NCBI GenBank assembly: GCA_964035545.1
Contig: OZ037770.1
Coordinates: 8,004,973-8,068,972 of the forward strand
Direction of reading: 5' to 3'
DNA from: Bugula neritina
Lineage: Eukaryota; Animalia; Bryozoa
DNA: 64,000 nt
Of the stretch, positions 43,001 through 56,900 are shown piece by piece. The position numbers and the translations under genes were made by a program. Positions within the stretch are counted from its first letter, which is position 1. Each line of letters opens with the position of its first letter. A model generated the notes under the pieces. It was not told where the DNA came from. It did no database searches and saw nothing but the letters and a program-made list of their open reading frames with translations.

Positions 43001-46000
43001 AGTGTAAGTTCTCGCTGTGTTATCTGGAATATCTAAAGGGGAGCTCCTATCACCACACAATCCTGTATAATATAACACTAAAGCTAAAATAGTGATCATA
43101 GTCAGCTGCTACATACAGCATGCAGTAAATAACAAAATGTGCAACTGATTGGAAGTTGCATTCTCACACAAAATAACATCAAACTTGTACAATTTAAAGA
43201 AACCGAGTGTGAAAATAATATGATATAGATATGCATAACATATGAAATGTGACAATTTTCTCTAATGATGATACTATTCTTATGTAACTCTCTTATTCTG
43301 TGACACAAAGTTTCTAAGTGTGGAGCTAAACTACTAATGGATGGGAAAATTTTTAAACTTTCATTAACGAAAACCTTGTCAGATTATACAAACTCCTTCC
43401 TAGTTATTAACATCTGATGAAAGTGTAGACATTAAATAATCTTACCTACAGCTGGGATACAGCTCAACCTGAATCCACTGACAACATGTGTACCATCATA
43501 TGTCCATTCTAGATTGATGTTTGTATCTGAGGGGTTTGCTCTGGTTGGAACTACATCTGCAGGAACTATTGGAGCAGGGAAAATAAAAATATATTGTAAA
43601 TTTATAATTGATATTTTTCTAAAATTATAAATCCTTAAATGGAACATTACAATGTACTATTTGGTAATATAAAAAGCTCAATATTTTTACATCCTTTTAT
43701 GTAGTATAAGTGCAATTATAATTTGTGATAAATAAAACAGAAAGAGGCACATACCCATAGTTAACTCAGTACTATTCTCTGGTGTAGAAGGTACATTATT
43801 ACTGATCACAGTTACAATAAATATGTATGTTTCTCCAGGAGTCAAGTTATTTATAGTAACAGAACTACCACTTCCACGAGGTACATCTTCCACAGAAGGA
43901 GGGGAACATGGACAGTTACATTTAACTTCTACTCTTACAGAATCCCACACAGTGTTAGGAATACTCCATGTTATAATAGCAGTGTTTGTACTATCAGATG
44001 AGGATAACTCTGCTGTTACACTAGTCACAGGGGAAGGAGCTACAGAGGAAATAGAAAACACACCCTAACTGATAGGAACACAAACACCACAGAAGAGGGT
44101 CAGCAGGCACACTCCAGTTAGCAAATTATTAGATGATTATAAATAAGCATGAAATTGATTAAAATAAATATATGATTAGACCAACACATGAGTTAAATCT
44201 TATACCAAAACCGTAAAGCAATGTGGAATAGTAAACACCAGGGAAGTGTTATCCAAATGAACCACAATCAGATAAAATATAAACACAGGGCAGGAATTGC
44301 TACACTTTTTGAAAAATTCAAGAAATGTGTCTACGCAGAGTTTGATGCTCTAGTAAAATCAACCGATATAGGTAATATTTTGTACGTAACTAAATACTTA
44401 GTAAGGCGGCAAAAGTGTAGCAATTCAAGCAAAAAGAAACCATAATGAGGTTAAAACACCAAAACAGAAAGTCAAGCAGCACCAGTGGTAACAGCAGCTG
44501 TAGCTGAAGGCAGCGCGGTTGCCTAAAAGTTGCGTCGAGTTTATATTCTCCGAGAATACTTTTGAATTTGAATGCTCTGCTGCCGAATGAGCTAGGAACT
44601 CTCCGTATGACGCATGCGCTACGCTGTTATTAATAACATACAGTTATGTTGGTATCATGTAACACACCTGCAGTGAATGTCACATTATTACTTTCCACAC
44701 CATCATCTCCTAAGGTAGAGTCCATATAGCTGAATGACAGAACCCTGACAGTGTACTCAGCTCCAGGTGTGGGCAGGGAGATAGTTTGAGGAGAAGTCTG
44801 AGTTCTTGTATCAAGACTGTCTTCATACATAGCTGAGGTTCCATTGCTATACTAAACCTGTAAAAGGGGGGGGGGTCATATATTCTGATATAAATACATT
44901 AAGAGTACGCTGTGCACTTTGAAAGCCAAAGATATTTTCAGCTGGTAAATTTTTCTACCCATCAAGATAAATATCTTAGAAAAGAAGCATGTGTTAGACA
45001 TAATCTTTCTGTTCACATGACCATACCATGTAGACATGGGGTTGTGTTACTCACCATGTAGTAAACACCTGCTACTGTAGTCCAAGATACAGTGATAGAG
45101 TCTATTTGTGGGTTTGAAACCATCACATCAGCTGCCCCACCTACAAATAGAAATACTCTACTATGAAGCTACAACTTTGCTAACCAATCTATTGGTGTGT
45201 TATGTACTTTTAACAGCATAAGTACAGGTGTACTTGTAACAGTATGAGTACATGTGTACTTGCAACAGTATGAGTATGTGTACTTGTAACAGTATGAGTA
45301 CATGTGTACTTATAACAATATGGGTACATGTGTACTAGTAATAGTATGAGTACATGTGTACTTGCAACAGTATGAGTATGAGTATGAGTTTATTGACACG
45401 ACGGAAGATACGCAAAATAATAGATTAGTTTACAATAATTTTAGCAAGGTCTTGGCAGTAATGCAGTTGTTCCAAACTAATTCCAAGTTGGTAAGAAATT
45501 CATGTTTTAAAACATTACAAGTTTTCGCTTTTAATTTCCCCATCAACACCTGGCATCATCTTTCCCACTTATGTGAGTCTATTTAGAGTGTAACTCATTA
45601 TTGAAGCATTTTATTTGTAAGTTTTGTCTCAATTATCATGATGCTGAAGCCTTCAACATGTAGCTGTGACACTTCCTTAAATAGTTTCAAAAGTTTAAAA
45701 ATTTCAGTCAAGTGGGAGATGCAACTTCTAGTATTAATCCTTGACCTTCTATAGCACCTGCCAGTTTGTGGTTACATATATATGTTTACATTATTTCTAC
45801 ATACTGTGTAAAAGTTTTAAAGTTGTAGTTCTTTATTGAATTGATTATTTAGCACACAACTTCTAAAACTAGTGTGGTAATTCCAATATCAGAATGATAA
45901 CTTATCTCCTCATGTAACTTGAGTATCGGTCAAGTCGTTCAAGTCAATGTCTAATCAAATCAAGAAAACAAAACTTAGTCAACTTCAAGTCAAATTGAGT

Positions 46001-49000
46001 CAACTCAAGTTAATTTACTTGAGAAAGTTGAATTAACTTGCAAGTATAGGCAAAGCCAAAATCCATAACGTTCATTTGTATGCAGTGATTATAATAGGTA
46101 GTAGTTATACACACTTAGCAGCTTGCATAAAATAAACTGCATCTTTAGTTAATTTAAAATAACTAAGAATTTAAATCTAATGAAGAATGCTATTAAAATA
46201 GTTACAATAGAAAACCTGATCAATTTTAAGTCAAATAAAGTGATGACTTCATTGCTTGACTTGAGTCAAGATAAATTCGCTGAGAAGTACCACAAAGAAG
46301 CCAAATTCTATAGTTTTCATACAATTAATATAATAGTTACACGCACTTGGCAGCTTGAATAAAGTATACTGTATTGTTAGGTACTGCTATTATGAAATAA
46401 ATTATAATATAAAACTAATTTAATGAAGAACGATATTAAAAGAATGGCTGAACCCCAGTGAAATCTCTGTAAGAGGTTTCAAATTTGAGTTGATTACTTA
46501 AATAATTTCAGCTAGTCCATCAAATATTTAAATATATCTAAAGTTAGTTGAGTAAATCAAGTCGATGATTTTTAGAAATCAAGGAACTTTAAGTACTAGA
46601 GTCGGCCGGAACTTGAGACACTATGACATGGAAATCACTTCTGACACCTACTTCTAAAAATAGCTAGACATAAGATAGTAGGTAGGTAAGTAGGTAGGTA
46701 GGTTTAGTCTCACACAGCATCATATTATGAGTTCAGAAGTACGCAGGAATTCAGGCTATATTCTTAAGTCAGTAGTTAGTCAGTTGTAACACCAGCCTAT
46801 AGAGTAAAACAAAATGCTGTGTATTACGCAGAAGAAGTTACCTAATTTAACTGTGTCAAACTCCACCCATCCACTCTGCACAGAATATGATGAAGTCCTC
46901 ACATAAGCTTGTATAGACACATTATAAACCCTTCCTGGAGTAGCACCTTGCAGAGTGTAATTTCTCATTGTGTTATCTAGAATATCTAGAGGGAAGCTCC
47001 TATTACCACACAACCCTGTAAAATATAAAACTACAGCTAAAATTATGATCATGGGGAGCTGATACATACGGCATGCAGTAAAGAACGCCATATGTAATTG
47101 ATTGGAAGTTGCATTAAAAAAACCGTCACATTTATAAAATTTAAAAAAATGTAGGACTGAGATTGAAACTAGGATATGGTCTGGAGGCAATGACTTCTTT
47201 TAATAAGTGTACTACTTTAATGTACGTAATACCACTATTCTGTGACACAAAGTTTCTACTTTCTTAACACGAGAGGAGCTCAACTAATAAATAGGAGAAT
47301 ATAAAAACTTGTATTATAATATGAACAGACAATACGGCAGATAATATGAACCCCTTCCTAGTTATTACCATCTAAACCGCCAACAGACAATTCCTTCCTA
47401 GTTAATAACATCTGAAGAAAGTGTAGACAATAAATAAGCTTACCTACAGCTGGGATACAGCTCAACCTGAATCCACTGACAACATGTGTATCATTATATG
47501 TCCATTCTAGATTGATGTTTGTACCTGAGGGGTTTGCTCCGGTTGGAACTACATCTGCAGGAACTATTGGATCAAGAAAAATAACATATCAAGATATTTT
47601 TTATTACAAATGCCTAAATGAAACATTACAATGTATTGTTTGATAACATAACCAGCTGAATATTTACATATACTTTTATACAATACAAGTAAAACTACAA
47701 GTGTGATAAATAAAATAGATAAAAGACATACCCATAGTTAGCTCAGCACTATTCTCTGGTGTGGAAGGTACATTATTACTGAATACAGTTACAGCAAATA
47801 TGTACGTTTCTCCAGGAGTCAACTTATTTATAGTAACAGAACTATTATTTCCAGGTACATCTTCCACAGAAGGAGGGGAACATGGAGAGTTACATTTAAC
47901 TTCTACTCTTACAGAATCCCACACAGTGTTAGGAATACTCCATGTTATAATAGCAGTGTTTGTACTACCAGGTGGGGATAACTCTGCTGTTACACTAGTC
48001 ACAGGGGAAGGAACTACAGAGGAAATAGATAACACACCCTAACTGATAGGAACACAAACACCACAGAAGGGTGTCAGCAGACACACACCAGTTAGCAAAT
48101 CATTATATGATTATAAATAAGCATAAAACTGATTAAAATAAATATATGATTAGACCAAAACCGTAAAGCAATGTGGAATAGTAAACACCAGGGAAGTGTT
48201 ATCCAAACAAACCACAATCATATAAAATATACACACAGGGCAGGAATTGCTACACTTTTTGAAAAATTCAAGAAATGTGTCTACGCAGAGTTTGATGCTC
48301 TAGTAAAATCAACCGATATAGGTAATATTTTGTACGTAACTAAATACTTAGTAAGGCGGCAAAAGTGTAGCAATTCAAGCAAAAAGAAACCATAATGAGG
48401 TTAAAACACCGAAACAGAAAATCAAGCAGCACCAGTGGTAACAGCAACTGTAGCTGAAGGCAGCGCGGTTGCCTAAAAGTTGCGTCGAGTTTATATTCTC
48501 CGAGAATACTTTTGAATTTGAATGTTCTGCTGCCGAATGAGCTAGGAACTCTCCGTATGACGCATGCGCTACATTGTTATTAATAACATACAGTTATGTT
48601 GGTATCATGGAACACACCTGCAGTGAATGTCACATTATTACTTTCCACACCGTCTCCTCCTAAGGTAGAGTCCATATAGTTGAATGACAGAACCCTGACA
48701 GTGTACTCAGCTCCAGGTATGGGCAGGGAGATAGTTTGAGGAGAAGTCTCAGTTCTTGTATCAAGACTGTCTTTATACATATCTGAGGTTCCATTGCTGT
48801 ACTGAACCTGTGAGAAGGAGAGGGGGGGTCATATACTCTGATATAAAAACATTAGGAGAACACTGTGCAGTTTGAAAGCCAAAAATATTTTCAGCTGGTT
48901 AATTTTTCTACCCATCAAAATAAATATCTTAGAAGAGAAGAATGTGTTTGACATAATCTTTCTGTACACATGGCCATACCATGCAGAGATGGAGTTATGT

Positions 49001-50964
49001 TACTCACCATGTAGTAAACACCTGATTCTGAAGTCCAAGATACAGTGATAGAGTTCGTTTGTGGGTTTGAGACCTTCAGATCAACTGCCCCACCTACAAA
49101 TAGAAATACTCTACCATGAAGCTACAACTTTGCTAACCAATATATTGGTGTGTTATGTACAGGTGTAGCATAAGTACAGGTGTACTTGTCACAGTATGAG
49201 TACATGTGTACTTATAACAATATGAGTACATGTGTACTAGTAATAGTATAAGTACATGTGTACTTGTAACAGTATGACTGCATGTGTACTTGTAACGGTA
49301 TGAGCACATGTGTACTAGTAACAGTATGAGTACATGTGTGCTAGTATCAGTATGAGTACATGCGTACTTGTAACGGTATGAGCACATGTGTACTTATAAC
49401 AGTATGAGTACATGTGTACGTATAACAGTATGAGTACATGTGTACTTGTAACAGTGTGAGTACATGTGTACTAGTAACAGTATGAGTACATGTGTACTTG
49501 TATAGAGTAGATAAAGTAAATAATGCTCAGAATACATGAAGTTCGTTAGAAACATGGCTATGTGATAACATAGCAGAGCAAGTTTGACAACTTCTCCACA
49601 ATACTGTGAGATCAGCTCTCAGATCACACACTATATGTACATGCGCGTGGAATTGTGCCCTCTATCTCTTTTAGATATATTTGTCAGTCACCAGCAGTAT
49701 TTTAGCAGTTACTGCAAGTTATATTCAACGAATCTCAAGGGAGAGAAAGAAGAGGTGATTTATAACCATTAAATTCTGATCTTGAGATATCTAAGTGTGT
49801 ACAGGACTTCAGATAAATTAACAGCTTCAAGAATACAAGTTACATTTCTTTAGAGTAATAAATACTCACTGGGTGGTGCCAATGTAGTGGTAGTGGGTGC
49901 AGCAGTTGTGGTGGTAGCTGTGTTGGTAGATGTGGTGGTAACAATGTTGGTAGAAGTATCAGTAGGAGGTGAAACAATTGAGTTCCCTGCTGCATCTCCA
50001 GGTGTTGGATAACTCAGAGTCACACACAGTACAACCTGTAAATATACATGCTCTACATATTTATATATTCATACAGTATATTTTACTACATCTAAGCATA
50101 ACAAGAAACATGTTAGGATAATGCTGAAAATAAATTTATAATAATCTACTTCAAATATCATCTCTCACCACAAAAGAAAGTACCTAGTAATGTGTGTGTT
50201 GGATCGATTCATGAATTCATATGTAACAAGTTTTGATAAGAAATACAATAAATACAATAAATGTAAATTTGATGCAAAACTTCTCTTTGGAGCTGCAAAC
50301 ACAAGGAGGGCTAGTCTTATCTCACCAGAAACTTGAGCTACATAGAAGTACATGGTGGAGAATGCAGTGGTAGACAAGCTCACAAACCTACTGAGGTAGG
50401 TGCAGTACTGAAAAATTGAGAAAAGCCTGTATTCTAGATTGGAAATGTAACAAAAGAAGTTTTGTTTTTGCAAAAATTTCAACTTGTACCTCAAAAATAA
50501 AATTTGATTTTTCTACTACTGCACCTTAATGAATCTACTGACGTCACATATAGAGATAAAACGTTAACAGAAACTGGTCGATATACGAGTTAATGCTCTA
50601 TACCTTACAACTTGCTAAACTTCAATTTCAAAAGTGAGATTTGAAAGTTAAATCAATTTCTAAAAACATTTTCTAAAATTACTTTCTTGATGCTTCTTAG
50701 CTGCACATCTGGTAAAATTATACAGTAGCTTCAGTATCTATTATTCATGAGTGGAGTTAGGTGGAGGGTTGACATAACATCACCTTAAAATCACTACTTC
50801 TCCTTATAACTAAATGAGGAGATACTAAATGGGTTGACAACACCACACATACATCTGGTGACTATATCTGACCATCAACTCTAGAATACAGTATAATATT
50901 ACCATACCACAAGTGTGATGAGAGACTTTGATATCTCCATGTTAAACAGTCCTGTGTTATTCAT
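31053..50964 (-). CDS. RPTP-B: R3-like receptor PTP with signal peptide, Thr-rich stalk, ~11 FN3, TM, one atypical PTP domain and Tyr-rich tail (~1760 aa)
   Basis: 34 GT-AG exons, phases consistent: 50964-50908, 50035-49870, 49093-49008, 48807-48618, 48013-47732, 47563-47444, 47015-46842, 45140-45055, 44857(or 44851)-44668, 44039-43755, 43565-43446, 43062-42889, 42761-42643, 42463-42304, 41271-41137, 40988-40827, 40617-40442, 40361-40148, 39501-39344, 38793-38670, 38389-38208, 38112-37959, 37711-37526, 37182-37047, 36179-36075, 35987-35817 (TM), 35187-35073, 34857-34767, 34006-33936, 33683-33554, 32951-32821, 32568-32417, 32125-31990, 31412-31053. FN3 signatures (W..P, LxPxTxYxxxV). One in-frame TAG at 44854-44852 can be avoided by an alternative acceptor. 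Confidence 0.85.
32180..32425 (-). repeat. 32-34-bp exon-end/donor tandem repeat in RPTP-B (paralog of 16420-16670)
   Basis: Six extra CTGCAG|GTAAC units plus one degenerate unit. Confidence 0.9.
32975..33570 (-). repeat. 26-bp exon-end/donor tandem repeat in RPTP-B (~22 units)
   Basis: Same unit as 17265-17520, but longer and more degenerate. Confidence 0.9.
39533..39903. repeat. 16-bp minisatellite (GTGTCAACTAGTGTAT)n; shorter paralogous array at 24283-24412
   Basis: Directly visible. Confidence 0.9.
42870..49500 (-). repeat. Intragenic tandem duplication of a 5-exon, 3-FN3 module (~42870-45380 vs ~46830-49500)
   Basis: Exons and introns are near-identical (e.g. 44221-44445 vs 48171-48395; ORFs 43687..44061 vs 47676..48035). 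Confidence 0.92.
49170..49500. repeat. 26-bp minisatellite (ACAGTATGAGTACATGTGTACTTGTA)n; second array at 45215-45385
   Basis: Directly visible. Confidence 0.9.
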
Positions 50965-53011
50965 AAGCTAGTACTTCACCATAGTCAGTCACTCTAAAGA
51001 ATAGAAATGTCAACATACAACGTTATCTTTATTTTCAACATTTACTCACTCTCCCAACAAGAAGGAAGTTGCTGTTTAGCAGCTTAGCCACTAGCTGAAT
51101 ATCAGCCAATCACATCTTATCACTTAAAATGAAAGATGCAATATGCAAACAAATGCCTATATAGTACAGTTACATCATGTATGACTTCTGTAATATTTGT
51201 GACCTCAGGTATAAGACTTATTACATTTGTGACCTCAGGTATATGACTTATTATATTTGTGTGGAATGTGAAACTGAATGTTGAAAGTAAAATAGAACAA
51301 CTCCTCATTGTAGAAAGCATTTTGAAACTTTTGTTCTATTCTTGTACTTAGTGATCTCCTAATGTAGTAATTAATAGCTTATAATATGTTAAATGTTTGC
51401 ACTGTTTACTGCTTATTTTAGAAAAGACGTCAAAATCATTACATATATGTGTATTTACAGCTTCTCTGTAGTTCATGAATTGGATTTATTGTCTCTTGCT
51501 TTTCTGTAGACGCCGGGACAATGGCTGAAATTAGTAAATAGACTACTTAAACTTTGTTCACATAAACCCTGGTTTCAGCAATTGTACTATAAACTTATCC
51601 TAAAACACTGACCAGCTTAAATGATATTTAATAATAGTTTATAAAAATCTGATCAAAATGAAAAACATGAATTTGTGTTTTATAAGAAACTATTCAATTG
51701 GCACCAAGAGCAACTTAAAATATTTTATCTGTCATTAGCTTAAGCATGGATTCGTCAGTAGAGTCAGTCAAGTCAGTAGATGAACCTCACAACAACCCCA
51801 AGTAAGGCCATGGCTTGTCTAGTTGTAATTATGTCACAAACCAAGCTCTTCGGCCATGTAGTAGGTATCGTTTATTTTTTATTTGATTCAATCAATTTTG
51901 AAGGAATCCATAAATGAGTTTCAACACAATTATATTTGCTGCTTTGCCCCCTTAAAAACATTCAATTCCATGCCTAGCAGTCGTAGCTTACAAGGTGCAT
52001 ACAATACATGATATTGTTGATAATCTTTAAAGAATTTACATATAAATGTTGGTGAAGACTCAAGTCTAACAATCAAAAGTTGTATAACATTTATAGAAAA
52101 GCAGTTGCAGTTTACGGAGTTGATATAAATACAGGTCATCTTTATTCCAGATAAAACAACAGTTTAAATTTTAGAACAGTGATAAAATATGACAGAAAAT
52201 TCCATGTTTACAATCAACAGAAATTAGATACACATAAAACATGCACACATTATATATAACAAATTAAAATTTTTAGTATAACATACTATATAGTAACATA
52301 ACATGCAGTAATAAAACGTACAATAATATAATATATAGTAACATAGCTCACAGCATTTTAATATACCTATTGTAGCAAACAGTAATATATAACAGAGTAA
52401 TATAAACTACAGTAGTGACCATTTACAGAATAGTGGGTGTTGAGAATAACATCATAAATAGCAAAAAAAACTTAAAATTCAATGACCCAAAATGAGGTAA
52501 AGTTCAATACACAGGTTTGAGTACCAATAATTTACCTTTTAAACTCTTTTGACCAAAATATACTGAAGGAAAAATAATCTCTTCAAGTCTGCTGCTCTCT
52601 TATTGAATTTTTTACAGATTCCTGGGCTATTTGGTATGTTGATAGTAGTTGCTGCTGAATACTTATTTAAGAATTTTTGGGTTGAGTTATGCAAGTATCT
52701 ATTGCTATATAAATAAGAGTAAGTACTGTTATGTGAATAAGAGTAAGTACTGTTATATGAATAAGATTAGATACTGCTGTGTGTGTATATAGCAGCCTAC
52801 CGTACCACACATAGCAATTTAGCGCCATACAAGTGCTCTAAACTATTTTATTATACCTATTAGAGGGGTTGAGATTTCACCGTCCCAACAACTTTCACTA
52901 TTCCATACTGCTGGACACAGAATATAAGACTCCAAAGACTAAATATGGAAGAGCGACAGACACTAGAGCGACTGCTGGATATGTCACAAGTACCTGACAA
53001 GCACCTTAGAG

Positions 53012-53478
53012 TCAATTGGTGACATCTTGTGATCCCAGCATATAGAGAGGCAATCCAATCAGAATGAAGGACAGAGAGATGACAAAGTACAAGGTTATCT
53101 GAAGGTCAAACAGAGCCATCGACATCAGAGTACTGACCATGATGGAGACACAAGTGAGCACTAGTTTGGTTATATTGCTGCTGTGTTTCATTATAACTGA
53201 TACACAGAATCCTTGCAGGGCCTGAAACACAGCATTACATGTGTGTCACATTTATAAGTACATGAACTAGCAGATAATGCTTCAAAGACTATCAAAGAGA
53301 ATAAACTCACAGTGGTAAATACTACAGTCCAAGAGTAGATGTTGAAACCCTGGAAAAGAGAGAAACTGTTGGTTGAGTTTATAGATTGACAGCCATCTTG
53401 CATCTTCCACAGAACTGCGAGGGTGTTAAATGCAACACCTGAAGAGTAGAGGTACATGCTCTGTTTGTGTAGAGACAC
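53012..53478 (-). pseudogene. SLC35A4: Inverted partial duplicate of SLC35A4 (exons 7 and 8 only)
   Basis: 53478-53311 and 53221-53012 are nearly identical to 12315-12482 and 12572-12766 with intact splice sites; the C-terminus is extended to GSQDVTN*. Exons 1-6 were not found upstream. Confidence 0.85.
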
Positions 53479-53508
53479 CTGAAATAGATGTAACATGAAT
53501 GAGACATG

Positions 53509-53557
53509 TAGTAGTAGTAGTAGCAGCAGCAGTAGTAGCAGCGGTAGCAGTAGTAGC

Positions 53558-53604
<47 letters not shown>

Positions 53605-53623
53605 CAGCAGTAGTAGTAGTAGC

Positions 53624-53655
<32 letters not shown>

Positions 53656-53674
53656 CAATAGTAGTAGCAGTAGC

Positions 53675-53732
<58 letters not shown>

Positions 53733-53943
53733 ACAGTTGTTGTAGTAGCAGTAGCAGCAGCAGTAGTAGTAGTAGTAGTAGTAGCAGTAGCAGTAGTAGT
53801 AGTAGTAGCAGTTGTTGTAATAGCAGTAGCAGTAGTAGTAGTAGTAGTAGTAGTAGCAGTTGTTGTAATAGCAGTAGCAGTAGTAGTAGTAGTAGTAGTA
53901 GTAGCAGTAGCAGTAGTAGCAGTAGCAGTAGTAACTACAGTAG
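53509..53943. repeat. (AGT/AGC)n microsatellite, inverted counterpart of 11853-12280
   Basis: Directly visible; homology to SLC35A4 ends within it. Confidence 0.95.
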
Positions 53944-56900
53944 AGATACATGCCAGTTTGACAATTCCAGAAAAAAAAGTGCCCCAGCTATTCTCAATAT
54001 TTATTTTCAAAATTTCATATCAGAAACGAAATAAATGGATTACAAAAAATTACAGGTTAAAACACAATAACTGTGGTGAGAACATACAAAGACAAATGCT
54101 ACAATTTACAGTTGGTAAGGCATTCTGAGACTCACAATACCAGCATTAATTATGGTGCATAAATAAGATATGAAGAAGAAACAAGCAAAAGAACAAAAAC
54201 AGCGTAAGACTCCATAGCCTACAAACTTAACAGACCTTATTGCTCCTTCCTCTGAGCCCAGTCATAAAATTTTAGATCCTAAAAAATGTATATAGTCTAA
54301 AAATATGTGTAGCTTGACTACGACACACAATCAACAGCTTGCATTATGTTAAAATCGCCAGGGCAATCACAACATTAGCAACTAGCTCATGGCCAGAAAA
54401 CTTATTAAATTAAAGAAAGCTCTTCATTTTTTATAAAAATGTCTTTGTTATATTACGCAGAGGCAAGACGATTTCATGGTAAAGAACCTTGCACTATAGG
54501 ACAGCCAATCATGTTGAATGATGGGCAATAAACTGAATATTCACAAGCATATGTAATGAACAGGTGGAGATAACTTTTATCAGTTGATATACACAACACC
54601 ACAACTTATTAGGGGAGACAACTACCAAATACACTTCATTTCGAGCTTAAACAGAAAATTAAAACAATGATGGCTGAAAGCAGAGAAAAGCTATCATAAA
54701 TATTTACAGATAGAAATTATTCAGATTAGATTAAAGATTATAAAAATTAATTATCCAAAATTATAAAAACAATTAACCAGTAGGCCTACCTAAGCTGTTG
54801 GTACAAAATCAAGATATTTTCTTGTATATCAACCCCTTCGGTCATTCATATTCGTCAGTTTGTCTTCTTTGTCTCGAAACAGGCATCTATATGTCTAATG
54901 TGACAGAATTATTCGTTAAATTCCCTCATCTTAGACTATTCATTCTGACTTTAAATTAAATTAAAAACTTACAGACATCGGCATCCCAAATCTTTCTGAC
55001 TGAAACTGCAGCAGCTTCTAAAACTAACTGATGTTTAGTAACTTTTGCCTTTAACTGATTTATTGGCAAAAGACAAGACAGAGTAAATTGGCCTCTGTAA
55101 TATTTACTGCAGGATCGTAAAAATTTAAATAAATAACATTGCTCTTGTACAAAATGAATCTTCAATATTTTTATAATTATAACCATAGGCTTAACTTCAT
55201 AGGCTTGTAAAAGATTATCATAGTCTAAAAATCTGAAACCTACAAGGTTAGGTAAACTTGTATCACTGCGCTTTCATTACTTTGCATTATCCGAATTGAT
55301 TTTTCATTTGATGTTAGGAAACAGTTGCATCGAATGAAACCACAACATCAGTTAATGCAATTTGCAACTACAAATCCATCCTTACAGATCCATTTGATGC
55401 AATAGAAACATAGTATTACACTTCAATCCTTGTGGGTATTGTATTATGCTTCAATAATATAACTAACAAAACTACTAGATTCAAATTTACTGAAACTATC
55501 TTTAAATGAAGCGAGTAGTGAAATATTATTTTTAAAGTTCAATGGGAAAGTCTATTGGCATACTATAATTTGAGATATCTATTCTCACCATTTTCCATTT
55601 CATTCTGTGCAAGTAATGGGTTCTGCATAACAGCCAACTCAATCAGCATCTCCGTTTTACTCTGCAATCAAAGTATTTATATAAATGAGAAAAATACCTT
55701 TGGTTTTGTTGCACTTAAAAAGAAGCTGTGATGCATAGAAAATCTCAACACACACATAAAATAGATTTATTTCATTATTAGATTAAATAATGATTATAAA
55801 ACACATTATAGAGGCCGATGGCACAATAAAAAGATTAGAAATACTACTTGCAATACTAAGAGTAACACGAGCAAAAATTAAAATATAATAGTAACTACAA
55901 TATTCGCAATGCACTAAAGAAGACAACTTGTAAAATGTCAACCCATCATTTGTTTATCACTATAACTATGTATAGTAGATGACGTGTGAATGAACTCTTT
56001 TATTCAGGAGATGTTGTTGAGAAATGGAAAAAAGCAAGAAATCAAAGGAGACTAAAGATTATACGATGGGCAGAGCAATACTGATACAGAATAAAGAAGT
56101 TTTGTTTGATTATTTAAAGAAATAATGTGAAATAAAAAAACATCTTTCAATTCTGAATGTGAACGAACAAACATAGCTTATAATAAATGTTATTAGACCC
56201 AGCATGTGGTCTTGTGACACTAAGAAATAAAATATATAAGTAAAAGCATTGTTGAAAAAATATGAAGAGTTCCAAGAAAGTATTGATCTTATGCTTCGAT
56301 ACCCCTAAAACCCCCTTATCCTTATAAAACAGGGATGGGTCAGATCTCAAAATTTAAGGCGTAAGGTACAATGATGCATTACCAAATGCAAAAATAATTT
56401 GCTTTTTTTTCGTTTCCTAGGCTGAAAGTATAAATTGCAGAATGTAGATGCAGAATATAAAAGCTGACAGTTTATTAATCTAACAAGTTGTGTATAGTTC
56501 ACTAAGCAAGAAAGCAGCAAATAATTTATTGGGTCTACTTTAATTAGTGAGAAGTATGAAAAACACTTTTAGTAGCCGTAATAGCACTAATGTCACTGCT
56601 AGTAATGGGTTCATATGTGGCTACTCAAAGCAAATCTTGCTAGATGCTCATTGGTGAGCTAGCTGTGTTCTATTACTGTTTTTATACGGTTCATGCAAGA
56701 AAACATGCATTCACATTTATAAACATAACCAGATATGCTCAGTACTCTTAGTCCCAGTTTAGCTAGTGCAGGGTCTTTTTCACTGGTTACTGGTGAAGTG
56801 TAGAAGCTCACTGTTGTTGTTGCAGCAACATCACATAACCCAAGTTGTAATGCTGTTATACTTATGCTCACTGAAGTGTGATTATTAGTTTCAGCAATTA

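Noticed and set aside
44221-44445. Duplicated 74-aa plus-strand ORF (also 48171-48395) as a nested gene
   Set aside because: Its conservation is explained by the recent module duplication; no recognisable domain.
53191-54128. Poly-L/Y/T/S/V ORFs
   Set aside because: Translations of the (AGT)n microsatellite.
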